NCBI GenBank assembly: GCA_009691445.1
Contig: SICL01000002.1
Span: forward strand, 64,063 to 128,062
Length of the DNA: 64,000 nt
Reading direction: 5' to 3'
DNA from: Candidatus Taenariivivens baikalensis
GTDB lineage: Bacteria; Omnitrophota; Omnitrophia; Omnitrophales; Aquincolibacteriaceae
Of the stretch, positions 26,646 through 34,826 are shown in pieces (positions within the stretch are counted from its first letter, which is position 1; the number at the start of each line of letters is the position of its first letter). The notes beneath the pieces are model-generated. The model was given only the letters and a program-made list of their open reading frames with translations, was not told the origin of the DNA and ran no database searches. The translations under genes were made by a program, and so were the position numbers.

Positions 26646-28106
26646 ATGGACGCACGCCTTATTCAACAATTTTCCCAAAAGTTAATTCTTTCACCTCAGA
26701 TCCGTCAGTATTTAAAAGTCCTGCAAATGCCTCTCACTGAACTCCAAAGTGCCATCGATGAGTTTTTGGCGGAAAATCCTGTGGTGGAGCAAAAAACAGA
26801 TGAAGGTGTGCCGGCGGATCATTCTGAAGATTCCGAACCAGACTTGCTGAAAAAGGAGCCGCCTTCGGTATCCACGCGCGAACTGGAATTTGGAAAGGAT
26901 TTTGAAAAAATTTTGCAGCTGGAAGAGCAGGTTGCAGGAGGATATGCGACAGACTCCGAAGATCGTTATATGGACCCTTCCGAAGTCCAAAAAACCAAGG
27001 ATTTTCATGAAATGATTCTTACCAAGCAGGACAGTTTGTCTGATTTTATGCTTTGGCAGGTACGGTTTATGGATCTAAGCGGAAAAGATTTTAAAATTGC
27101 GCAGGAGATCATCGGTAATCTGGATGAGCGCGGCTATGTCGCTGCTACACTGGATGAAATAGCTGCCTCGTGCCAAACGTCGCAGGATCGGGTTAAAAAG
27201 GTACTTGCGAAGCTTCAAGAACTAGATCCTCCTGGGATTTTTGCCCGCGATCTCCAGGAGACTCTTTTGATTCAGCTCCGGAAAAAAAATCCGGCATCTC
27301 CCCCTCGCGCCGTTCAAATCGTTTCCGATCACTTTGCTTTCCTTGCTAAGCATGACTGGCAAAGTATCGCCAAAAAAATCGGTGTTGAGGTCGATGAAGT
27401 CCGTAAGGCAGGCGCTCTCATCGCTTCCCTGGAACCTCATCCCGGCAGGATGTTCTACGGCGAAGTATCTCTGGCCGTAATTCCTGATGTGATCGTACTG
27501 TTTGATGAAGAGGATAATACCAAACTTAAAATGGATCTCCGGGACGAGATCATTCCTCAGATTCGTATCAATCCCTATTATCGCAAACTGCTTCGGGACG
27601 ACAAGACGGATGAGACTGCAAAAAAATATATCCGGGAAAAAATTCAATCCGCCATGGATTTTATGAATGCGATGAAGCTTCGTGGCTCCACCCTGCGCGA
27701 AATCGCTGAGGTGATTGTCAAGTCTCAACGTGACTTTTTCTCCAGGGGATTTACGCATTTGAAACCAATGAGGCTCAAAGATATTTCCAGCGAACTTGGA
27801 ATTCATGAATCCACAGTCAGCCGAGCGATCAGAGGGAAATATATGTCCACACCGCAAGGGACGATTCCCCTGCGCAGTTTTTTCTCTACGAAGATTGAGA
27901 CGGCGGATGGCGAGGGAGAATCACAAAAAAGCATGACGATGAAAATTAAACAGATGATTGCTGAGGAAGATCCAAAGCATCCGCTCAGCGATCAGGCGGT
28001 TGCTAATCGCCTCAAGACGGAAGGAATGAACCTCGCCCGCCGGACCGTCACCAAATATCGAGAACTTGAAAAGATCCTGCCTTCTCATCTTCGACGACGA
28101 CGGTAA
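26646..28106 (+). CDS. rpoN: RNA polymerase sigma-54 factor
   Basis: N-terminal LxLSPQ…L activator-interacting region and a C-terminal RpoN box (ARRTVTKYRE). Confidence 0.92.
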   Translation: MDARLIQQFSQKLILSPQIRQYLKVLQMPLTELQSAIDEFLAENPVVEQKTDEGVPADHSEDSEPDLLKKEPPSVSTRELEFGKDFEKILQLEEQVAGGYATDSEDRYMDPSEVQKTKDFHEMILTKQDSLSDFMLWQVRFMDLSGKDFKIAQEIIGNLDERGYVAATLDEIAASCQTSQDRVKKVLAKLQELDPPGIFARDLQETLLIQLRKKNPASPPRAVQIVSDHFAFLAKHDWQSIAKKIGVEVDEVRKAGALIASLEPHPGRMFYGEVSLAVIPDVIVLFDEEDNTKLKMDLRDEIIPQIRINPYYRKLLRDDKTDETAKKYIREKIQSAMDFMNAMKLRGSTLREIAEVIVKSQRDFFSRGFTHLKPMRLKDISSELGIHESTVSRAIRGKYMSTPQGTIPLRSFFSTKIETADGEGESQKSMTMKIKQMIAEEDPKHPLSDQAVANRLKTEGMNLARRTVTKYRELEKILPSHLRRRR

Positions 28107-28162
28107 AGAAGTCTTTTAAGTTGAAGGTTTTTGAATATAATACCGCTGCGTCTTAACTATTT

Positions 28163-28235
28163 GCTGGTGTAGCTCAGTTGGTAGAGCAGCTGTTTCGTAA
28201 ACAGCAGGTCGTCAGTTCAAATCTGACCACCAGCT
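28163..28235 (+). tRNA. tRNA-Thr (anticodon CGT)
   Basis: Hand-folded cloverleaf: GCTGGTG acceptor, GCTC/GAGC D-stem, anticodon loop TTCGTAA and a TTCAAAT T-loop. It is 73 nt with no encoded CCA. Confidence 0.85.
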
Positions 28236-28780
28236 TATTTCTTTCCTTCCAATCTTTCCTTAAGCAGATAAAATCCCAAGATCGTTTTCGCATCCACAAT
28301 CTTTTTCCGCCAAATCATCTCCTGGATTTTTTTGAGACTAAAAACACCGCATTCAATTTCCTCATCGAGATCACCTGGGATTTTTTTGGGCAGCAAATTT
28401 TCCGCGAGAAAAACATACATAACTTCACTTGAAATTCCGGGTGAGGGATAAAACTGGAGAAGACGAGTCAGCTTCTTGGGTTGATAACCGGCCTCTTCCA
28501 TTAATTCGCGTCTGGCAGCATCCCGGAGATTTTCGCCGCGTTCAATACCTCCTGCTGGCCATTCCCAAAGCCAGGTGCGAGCGGCAAAACGAAATTGCCG
28601 GACCAAGATGAAATGATCCGGAGCCCATTGGGGAATGATCACGACAGCCCCGGGATGTTCAATAATTTGGCGGGAAAGGCGAAGACCCGAGGGCATCGTA
28701 ACATCGGCATCTATGAGATGAATGGGGCCCTTAGAAAAAATAATTTTTCGCTGAGTGACTTTGAATGTTTTTTGTTTCAT
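28235..28780 (-). CDS. NUDIX hydrolase
   Basis: Nudix box WEWPAGGIERGENLRDAARRELMEEAGY. The stop codon overlaps the last nucleotide of tRNA-Thr in a convergent arrangement. Confidence 0.85.
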   Translation of the reverse strand: MKQKTFKVTQRKIIFSKGPIHLIDADVTMPSGLRLSRQIIEHPGAVVIIPQWAPDHFILVRQFRFAARTWLWEWPAGGIERGENLRDAARRELMEEAGYQPKKLTRLLQFYPSPGISSEVMYVFLAENLLPKKIPGDLDEEIECGVFSLKKIQEMIWRKKIVDAKTILGFYLLKERLEGKK

Positions 28781-28810
28781 AAGAAAATCCTGAACTCCTT
28801 GATAAGGCCT

Positions 28811-28903
28811 GTGTCATTACGAACGGAGCGAAGCAATCTCTCTGCGCCGGAATTGCCGCGTCGCCCGCCAAAGAACAGCAGCGGGCTCCCCGCAATGACA
28901 CCA
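28811..28903. repeat. MITE-like palindromic element, family A copy (gtgtcattacg…cgcaatgacac termini; inner gagcgaagcaatctc)
   Basis: Terminal inverted repeats are visible directly. It shares the gagcgaagcaatctc and caatgac blocks with the copies at 29636, 39164 and 54264. Confidence 0.6.
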
Positions 28904-28932
28904 TTAACCCATGACTATTTTGCTACGAGGTC

Positions 28933-29197
28933 TTAATTCTTATAATCCTGGGTTTTAACTGCAATGAGCTTGCGGCTTGTGCCAACACCCGGATCACGAT
29001 ACCCAGGAAAAGACTTCCTTTGGGAAAATTGGACTAGGCCTGTTTCAAACAATAGACACCGTGAATGTATTTTGAGGCTCAATATCGTGTGTGAGATCAA
29101 TAATCCGGGATTGAGGATGCCCTTCTTTCAGGGTTCCCGCATAATGATCCCTGGTGCCATAATCCGTGAGTAAAATAATGAAGGTCGGCTTTTTCAT
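28933..29197 (-). pseudogene. Decayed remnant of an S-adenosyl-L-methionine hydroxide adenosyltransferase (DUF62/SAM hydrolase) gene
   Basis: From the ATG at 29197 the sequence reads MKKPTFIILLTDYGTRDHYAGTLKEG…IIDLTHDIEPQNTF, then a stop. In shifted frames it reads KGILNPG and later FSQRKSFPGYRDPGVGTSRKLIAVKT. These match DUF62 N-terminal blocks (LTDFG.RD.YVG.MKG.IL.INP…IDLTH.I…YP.FP.G…VDPGVGT.RR.IAV). At least two frameshifts are present. The C-terminal ~170 aa are absent, and the gene ends at a repeat element. Confidence 0.55.
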
Positions 29198-29237
29198 GGT
29201 TTAAGGCTTTGTTTGATTTGCCGTTAATTATATCACG

Positions 29238-29624
29238 ATGAAATTTAAAATTTTGAGCGTTATTCTTATTCTAAGTAGTTTGTTTTTGAACGGCTGTGCC
29301 ACAGGACGAAACCTAGCCTCTTCTCATTATTTATCGGACGAGGAGAATAAATTTTTTAACTTTCCAAATCCTTCTGAAACTTCCGCGGGCTATTGGGCTG
29401 TCAAAGCAGCCCGGAAAACGGCTTATGCCGTTGGCCGGACGATTCTGTTTCCATTTGCGATTCTCAGCAATGGTGTTGTGAATGTCTATTTAATTTCCAC
29501 CTGGCCTTTCCGCTGGATTTTCCAGGGAGACAAGCGCTTGATTGTTTGGTATCCCCTTTTTGGTGTCGGGGAAAATGTCGGATCTTCCTATTACTCGAAA
29601 GAGTGGAACCACGACCTGATTTAA
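29238..29624 (+). CDS. Small lipoprotein (possibly YceK/DUF1375-like)
   Basis: Signal peptide plus lipobox …LFLNGC. The protein is 128 aa. The family guess is weak. Confidence 0.6.
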   Translation: MKFKILSVILILSSLFLNGCATGRNLASSHYLSDEENKFFNFPNPSETSAGYWAVKAARKTAYAVGRTILFPFAILSNGVVNVYLISTWPFRWIFQGDKRLIVWYPLFGVGENVGSSYYSKEWNHDLI

Positions 29625-29635
29625 ATCCTAATCAG

Positions 29636-29694
29636 AGATTGCTTCGTCGTCGGACTCCGCTCAATGACGTCATTGAGCGGAGCGAAGCAATCTC
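29636..29694. repeat. Perfect 59-bp palindromic element (family A prototype) / bidirectional terminator candidate between convergent genes
   Basis: gagattgcttcgtcgtcggactccgctcaatgac|gtcattgagcggagcgaagcaatctc is a perfect palindrome centred on gacgtc. It sits exactly between the + lipoprotein gene stop and the - paralog gene stop. Confidence 0.65.
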
Positions 29695-29697
29695 AAA

Positions 29698-30630
29698 TTA
29701 TTTCTTCTCCTTCAATTTACTTTCTAAGGCTTGAAAGGACGTTCCCACATTCTCTTCAAGGAAAATTCCTCCTGGAACTCCCCGACGAAAACTACGATTG
29801 CCTCCAAGCGGATCCTTTTGAGCGCTTTGGGTGACGCTTAAATTTTGATTAGTACATTGCGCGCAGCAATCCGCCTTTGCCATCCCTAACTCCAGCTGCT
29901 CCCGGATATTCCTAATCGTCTGAAAGGCTGCCGGGTCATACTGGACCTGCCAGATTTGGAGTGAGGGATAAATCCTGTTGCCGTAAGGCACATGATCCGA
30001 GGGTGCTTCCAAAAAACTTTCCATGATTTTTCGCGTAATTTCCAGCCTTGATTTCTCAATCTTTTCCAGAAGAATATCCAGGGATTCCAGATTTGCCAGA
30101 ATTTTTTCTCCCGTGAGACGGACACAATTTTGATACGCCCAGGACGAGCATCCCCTTTGACCATCTTCAAGCGCCGTTCTCAATCTTTTCATTTCAGTCA
30201 CTATTTTTCCGGCTTCACGCTTAGAAAGCTTTTCATCCACGCGGGCCAAATGGGCGTAACGGTTTGAAAGGACTTCACCCTCTGCCTGGCGTTCCACGGA
30301 GAAGGGATCCTTTTTCATTTGCTCGGCATCCCAGAGAGGTTCGTACCGAGTTTCCCAAGCCTTCATCATCTTCCAGTTCATACGCGCATAGTGATCCTCC
30401 AGGTTATAGAGGGCATGAAGGGCCCGGGATCGTTTGCCCTCAGAATAGGTGCGGCATGAATCCATCTCGTTTGCGGCGAACGATAAGTTACAAGATCCAA
30501 GATACAAGCTCCAAGTAAAAATAAAAATCAAAAATTTCAAACTCCAAACTTGATGCTTGGATCTTTGGCCATTGAAAATTGATATTTTTTTGGATCTTGT
30601 ATCTTGTATCTTGGAATTTATTTCAGTCAT
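29698..30630 (-). CDS. Secreted Cys-rich hypothetical protein, paralog 1 (310 aa)
   Basis: The start was set at the ATG at 30630. It overlaps the paralog-2 stop as ATGACTGA, which suggests translational coupling. A basic N-region is followed by a hydrophobic signal (…LKFLIFIFTWSLYLGSCNLSFA). Conserved Cys pattern: C-x7-C in the middle and DCC near the C-terminus. A YEPLW block is shared with paralog 2. Confidence 0.6.
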   Translation of the reverse strand: MTEINSKIQDTRSKKISIFNGQRSKHQVWSLKFLIFIFTWSLYLGSCNLSFAANEMDSCRTYSEGKRSRALHALYNLEDHYARMNWKMMKAWETRYEPLWDAEQMKKDPFSVERQAEGEVLSNRYAHLARVDEKLSKREAGKIVTEMKRLRTALEDGQRGCSSWAYQNCVRLTGEKILANLESLDILLEKIEKSRLEITRKIMESFLEAPSDHVPYGNRIYPSLQIWQVQYDPAAFQTIRNIREQLELGMAKADCCAQCTNQNLSVTQSAQKDPLGGNRSFRRGVPGGIFLEENVGTSFQALESKLKEKK

Positions 30631-31408
30631 GCATCGTCTCCATCTGCTGAGCCAGCGGCATTTTCTCGGTTTGGTAACAGCAGTCCGAGAAAGCCTGATC
30701 ATCCGTAATGATGCGGCGGATTTTTTCAAAACTTTCCATACTCAGCTGGTCTTCGGCAAAGCGTTTGGATTTACGATCGGTCTCAAACCGGGAATAATAG
30801 TTGCTGTGAGCGGAAGGCTTTTCGAGGGAATCCTGGGGATACAGACCCTGCGGACCTCCGGACGTAAGGGAAACGGCCTTGCGTTCGTCCCTGTCACTTT
30901 CCAGGGCATGGTCGAAATTTATTTGAAAAACCTGGATTTCATCCGTAATTTTTTGAAGAATGGTTTGTGCGCATTCCTTCACAAGAGGATTGGAATGGCA
31001 TTTCCCAAAATTATTTTCGGAATTTTTAATCGTTTGGAGATTGGTAAGAACCCTGTTTACGAGTCGGGCGGATCTCTTTTCATAAGACGCCAGTAGGAGA
31101 AGAAGTCTCCCCTCATCATTCCGGCCCTTATCTCTTTTGATTTGATCCAGAGGATCGTTTTCATGGACGCGGCTCAGCCAAAGCGGTTCGTAATGAAGAC
31201 GGCAGATTTTCGCTTCGGTCCACCGGTATTCGGCATATGCGGATTCAGCACGCTGGAGATGACGAAGAAGAGACTTCTGATTTTCCAGAAAACATTGAGT
31301 ACACGACGGAGTTTGGTCACTCGCAGCATATAAATTCCAAGCTCCAAGCTCCAAATTCCAAACAAGCAACAAAATGAAAATATTCAAAATTAGAAGAGCG
31401 TCTACCAA
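30623..31408 (-). CDS. Secreted Cys-rich hypothetical protein, paralog 2
   Basis: It shares …YEPLW…, the C-x7-C block and the C-terminal …DCC… block with paralog 1. The signal peptide LILNIFILLLVWNLELGAWNLYAAS begins at a TTG at 31408. The long upstream N-extension in the ORF track (to 31606) is encoded by a MITE copy and contains no ATG, so it is probably not translated. The start is uncertain. Confidence 0.55.
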   Translation of the reverse strand: MVDALLILNIFILLLVWNLELGAWNLYAASDQTPSCTQCFLENQKSLLRHLQRAESAYAEYRWTEAKICRLHYEPLWLSRVHENDPLDQIKRDKGRNDEGRLLLLLASYEKRSARLVNRVLTNLQTIKNSENNFGKCHSNPLVKECAQTILQKITDEIQVFQINFDHALESDRDERKAVSLTSGGPQGLYPQDSLEKPSAHSNYYSRFETDRKSKRFAEDQLSMESFEKIRRIITDDQAFSDCCYQTEKMPLAQQMETMHD

Positions 31409-31435
31409 TCCACCGTCACGCTGAGACCTTCGTTT

Positions 31436-31558
31436 GTCATCCTGAACAAAGTGTCCGCCAGAGGACGGATCCGTCCAACGCTGTTTGACGGAAAGGATCT
31501 CAGGATGAACTCCTCGAAGTGTCTTGGAACGAGATCCTTCGCTGCGCTCAGGATGACA
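31436..31558. repeat. MITE-like element, family B full copy (TIR gtcatcctgaacaaag … cttcgctgcgctcaggatgac; internal palindrome ggacggatccgtcc)
   Basis: 16-bp terminal inverted repeats and an internal perfect 14-bp palindrome. It is near-identical to the copy at 46012-46120. It lies between the fur stop and the paralog-2 start. Confidence 0.65.
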
Positions 31559-31593
31559 CTTGGGATTTGGTGCTTGAGATTTGGTGGTTGCCT

Positions 31594-32034
31594 TTATTTG
31601 GAACACTGCTTGCAGATTCCGAAAAGACGGTGATCATGAAAGACAAGTTTGAAGCCGTATTTGCCGCAGAGTTTCTCCTGAAGTGTTTCGATTTCATCGG
31701 AGTGGAATTCAATAAATTTATGGCAGCGGATGCAAACCATATGATCGTGGTGACCGCGGGCGCTGGTGCGTTCAAAAAAGTCACGCTTCCCCGCCCCCAC
31801 CGATTTTTGAATGACACCGCTTTCAAGCAGGAGCGGGATGGTTCGGTACACCGTATCACGGGAAATCCTAAGGCCCTTTTTCTTAAAGCGTTCATAGAGA
31901 CTGTCCGCATCGAAATGTTTATCGAGTTTTAACACTTCATCAAAAATTGTTTTTCGTTCAAACGTGCACTTGAGTTCCTGATCAGCCAGAAGTGCTTGAA
32001 ATTTATCACGTTGGTTTTTAATCATCAAAGCCAC
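31594..32034 (-). CDS. fur: Fur-family metalloregulator (Fur/Zur/PerR)
   Basis: An N-terminal winged-helix region, then HHDH…CIRCHKFIEFH…CKQC metal sites. Confidence 0.85.
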   Translation of the reverse strand: MALMIKNQRDKFQALLADQELKCTFERKTIFDEVLKLDKHFDADSLYERFKKKGLRISRDTVYRTIPLLLESGVIQKSVGAGKRDFFERTSARGHHDHMVCIRCHKFIEFHSDEIETLQEKLCGKYGFKLVFHDHRLFGICKQCSK

Positions 32035-32076
32035 CCAATATTGTTTTCTCGCGCATACTCACATCCTTTCGATGGA

Positions 32077-32820
32077 TTACTTAAAAAGCCGAAGGTAATC
32101 TTTTTGACTTTCCCTGATGACACGTGCAATGAACTCCATAAAGTCCGTGTCGTCCGTATGCGCTTTCTCTAAAGTCTGCGCATATTCGCTACGCAAAACT
32201 GGCGGGATAATGGCAACGTGATAGCCTCCCTGCAGTAGAATAAGGTTCATCAGAAGCCTTGCGACACCGCCGCTTCCGTCGATAAAAGGATGAATAAAGA
32301 CAAATTCCTTATGCGCTAGGGCCGCGACTTCCACGGGATGTTTTTCTTGTTTTGAGAGACTCAGTTTTTGAATAAACACTGTCATAAGGCGTTGTATCTT
32401 TTCAGGGGCAGGGAACAGATACTTTGATCCAGTAATGCAGACCTTTTCCGTTCGATACTTACCGGCCTTTTCCTTGGCGATCCTGTGGTGGAAAATTTCA
32501 TGCAAGTGTTTAATTTCTGATTCCATGATATCTTTTTGCTTGGTAAGGGTATAGATAAAATCAACCGCCTCGCTGTGTCCAATAGCTTCAAAATGATCTC
32601 GTAAAGGTTTCCCCCCAATGGTCAGGCCTTCCTCAATAACAATTTTCGTCTCCGATTCCGTCAAGGAGTTTCCTTCCAAAACGTTACTTGAGTAGGTCAA
32701 TCCGACTCGGTAGTATCCTTTTACCCTGTTGAAGGCAGCGCTGCTTTCCAACGCCCTGAACGAATTGATTTTTTTTTGTAGTGTGTCAATCTCGGTCAAT
32801 AGGGAGTTGGTCATTAACAT
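32077..32820 (-). CDS. Fic/DOC family protein with a non-canonical motif
   Basis: A Fic fold with HPFIDGSGGVARLL where HPFx(D/E)GNGRxxR is expected. Asn is replaced by Ser, and the first Arg by Gly. Confidence 0.78.
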   Translation of the reverse strand: MLMTNSLLTEIDTLQKKINSFRALESSAAFNRVKGYYRVGLTYSSNVLEGNSLTESETKIVIEEGLTIGGKPLRDHFEAIGHSEAVDFIYTLTKQKDIMESEIKHLHEIFHHRIAKEKAGKYRTEKVCITGSKYLFPAPEKIQRLMTVFIQKLSLSKQEKHPVEVAALAHKEFVFIHPFIDGSGGVARLLMNLILLQGGYHVAIIPPVLRSEYAQTLEKAHTDDTDFMEFIARVIRESQKDYLRLFK

Positions 32821-32960
32821 AATTCCTGGTAAGGTTTAAATCTAAAATTTCCTTAGCCGCAAAAGTATAGCATATTTAAAATGCCATAAAAGGAAGGATT
32901 TGCAGATGAATTGAGCTTAGGTTCTGCGGTCTTGAGACGTTAATAGGGGCATCTAATTTT

Positions 32961-34826
32961 ATGAAACTGAAGCACTTGATCGCCTCTTTAATCGTAACCG
33001 GAAGTATGGCCTTTGGAATTTTTTCCTGCCTTCACTTTAAACGGATAACAACTTTTTTCTCGTACTACGCCTATTACCTGATTCTTCTCTTAGTCACCCT
33101 CTGGCTGATCCAGCTCATCCTTCACCTACGTAAAAATACGGTGGCCATAAAGGTTCAGCTGCTCCAAAACCGCTGGGGAATTTTACTCGCGCTGGTGCTT
33201 ACCGCCATCGTTTTCATTTCAGTACCCACCCATTTCCGCATTCTTTCGGATGAAACCAACCTGCTTGCGGTCTCAAAAAGCATGGCCTATGAGCACCGGG
33301 TGGACAACGTGACCATGGGAAAATGGTACTATCACAATTTTTATCCCCTCAACCGGGAGTTTGAAAAAAGACCCCTTCTCTTTCCTTTTTTACTGCACGT
33401 GATTCATACCCTTTTAGGCTACCGTCCGGAAAATGCCTTTTTCCTCAATGGAATCATTCTCTTCACTCTCTTGGCTATTTTATTTTTATGGGTCCGGAGA
33501 GAATGCGGAAAGCGGACGGCGATTCTCACTTTGGTTTTTGCCGTATCTCAGCCGGTGCTTACCCAAACAGCAACCTGCGCCGGTTTTGATCTCGCTTTTG
33601 TCCTTTTTTTCATCCTCGCTCTTGCATGCCTGCATCATTTTCTTAGGAAGCCTTCCCCTGACTCATTTCAATGGCTGTGGATCAATCTTTTAATGCTGGC
33701 CAACACCCGGTACGAATCTCCACTCGTGGTTATCACGATACTGCTCGCCTTACTCGTGATGGGCAATCTGAAGAGATCTTATTTTAGCCCCTGCTGGATC
33801 TTTGCTCTCACGCCACTGGCAACACTTCCCGGCATTTGGCAGCACTGGTTAAGAAATTCCAAGGAAAACCCATTTGGAATACCGGCGGACAGCCCTACGT
33901 TTTCTTTTCATCATTTTCTGCACCACCAGAAGATTTTCTTAAAGAGTTTTTTGAATTTTTACTCCCTGACTCCCTACGCTACGGTCCTTAATTGGATCGG
34001 CATCTTGGGTCTGCTTTATTTTTTGGTTCGCCATTTTCAGGAAAAAAATCTAGGCTCAAAAACCTTTCGGCAATTCAGCCTGATTACGTTTCTTTCCCTT
34101 GCCGGACTCTGGATACTTTTCCATTCCTATCATTTCGGGGATATCGGCCATCCGGCTTCAGCCCGATTTTTTGTCATTTTTTACCTGGCGTTTTCATTCC
34201 TCGCAGCCGCATTTCTTGTTTCCATCTCTCCACTTCATTCAGAATGGCTTTACGGACTAGGGGCCGCCTGCTTTTTTCTCTATCACCCTTTAAGTGTCGA
34301 AAACCGTTTCTCTAATCAGCTGCTTCTCCCCCGTGAATACCGAATCACCCTGGATTTTTTGAAAAAAATCGGGCATCAAAACCTTCTTGTCATTAGCGAA
34401 CGGCCCGGTCAATATACCGTTGAAAATTACGGAGCCGTTGATTTTAAGTATGCGAATCAAAACAAGGATGATCTTTTAAGGGAGCTGGGGCGGCATCTTT
34501 ACCAGGAAATTTATGTAATCCGTGAAATAAACTATGAAACCAAAAAGCCAGTTAAGGATACGACTCTGCACCCCGCCTTTCAGCTTGAGCCAGTTTTTGA
34601 ATTTCAAAACAAGGCGGATGCCTTTGTGCAGATTTCGAAGGTGATACTGACAAAGCCATTGCTAGGAGTCCCGGAGGGACGACGTGGCAATCTCAAAGGA
34701 CAAACCGAGCTTGCTTCGCTCCCTTTGGTCGCTCGCAATCATCGTTTGGAAGTAACGACAAAACCTAAGAAGGATTCAGTGCCAGCGGTTCGGTTGAAGA
34801 GTGAGTCACCCGCCCATCCGAATTAA
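32961..34826 (+). CDS. GT-C membrane glycosyltransferase-like protein (ArnT/PMT-like), 621 aa
   Basis: About 13 TM helices. The first periplasmic loop carries …LSDETNLLAVSKSMAYEH… (DE motif). The C-terminus is soluble. Confidence 0.72.
   Translation: MKLKHLIASLIVTGSMAFGIFSCLHFKRITTFFSYYAYYLILLLVTLWLIQLILHLRKNTVAIKVQLLQNRWGILLALVLTAIVFISVPTHFRILSDETNLLAVSKSMAYEHRVDNVTMGKWYYHNFYPLNREFEKRPLLFPFLLHVIHTLLGYRPENAFFLNGIILFTLLAILFLWVRRECGKRTAILTLVFAVSQPVLTQTATCAGFDLAFVLFFILALACLHHFLRKPSPDSFQWLWINLLMLANTRYESPLVVITILLALLVMGNLKRSYFSPCWIFALTPLATLPGIWQHWLRNSKENPFGIPADSPTFSFHHFLHHQKIFLKSFLNFYSLTPYATVLNWIGILGLLYFLVRHFQEKNLGSKTFRQFSLITFLSLAGLWILFHSYHFGDIGHPASARFFVIFYLAFSFLAAAFLVSISPLHSEWLYGLGAACFFLYHPLSVENRFSNQLLLPREYRITLDFLKKIGHQNLLVISERPGQYTVENYGAVDFKYANQNKDDLLRELGRHLYQEIYVIREINYETKKPVKDTTLHPAFQLEPVFEFQNKADAFVQISKVILTKPLLGVPEGRRGNLKGQTELASLPLVARNHRLEVTTKPKKDSVPAVRLKSESPAHPN

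Noticed and set aside
27222-27857. 211-aa ORF antisense to rpoN. Similar long antisense ORFs lie at 25756-26349 (accD), 14432-14911, 17577-18053, 42583-43068, 45456-45926 and 38064-38865.
   Set aside because: They are entirely contained within well-supported genes on the opposite strand. They have no recognisable motifs and are typical shadow ORFs.
31451-31932. ORFs 31451-31633 (+), 31519-31932 (+) and 31548-31910 (-) overlapping fur and the MITE copy
   Set aside because: Their N-termini are translations of the repeat element (SFAALRMT, ILRCAQDDT). The rest is antisense or off-frame to fur, which has clear Fur-family motifs.
28107-32960. Integrated mobile element next to tRNA-Thr (tRNA + NUDIX + pseudogene + repeats + paralogs + Fic)
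   Set aside because: No integrase, recombinase, transposase or phage structural gene is present. I detected no direct repeat of the tRNA-Thr 3' end. The region is better described as a decayed accessory segment rich in MITE-like repeats.
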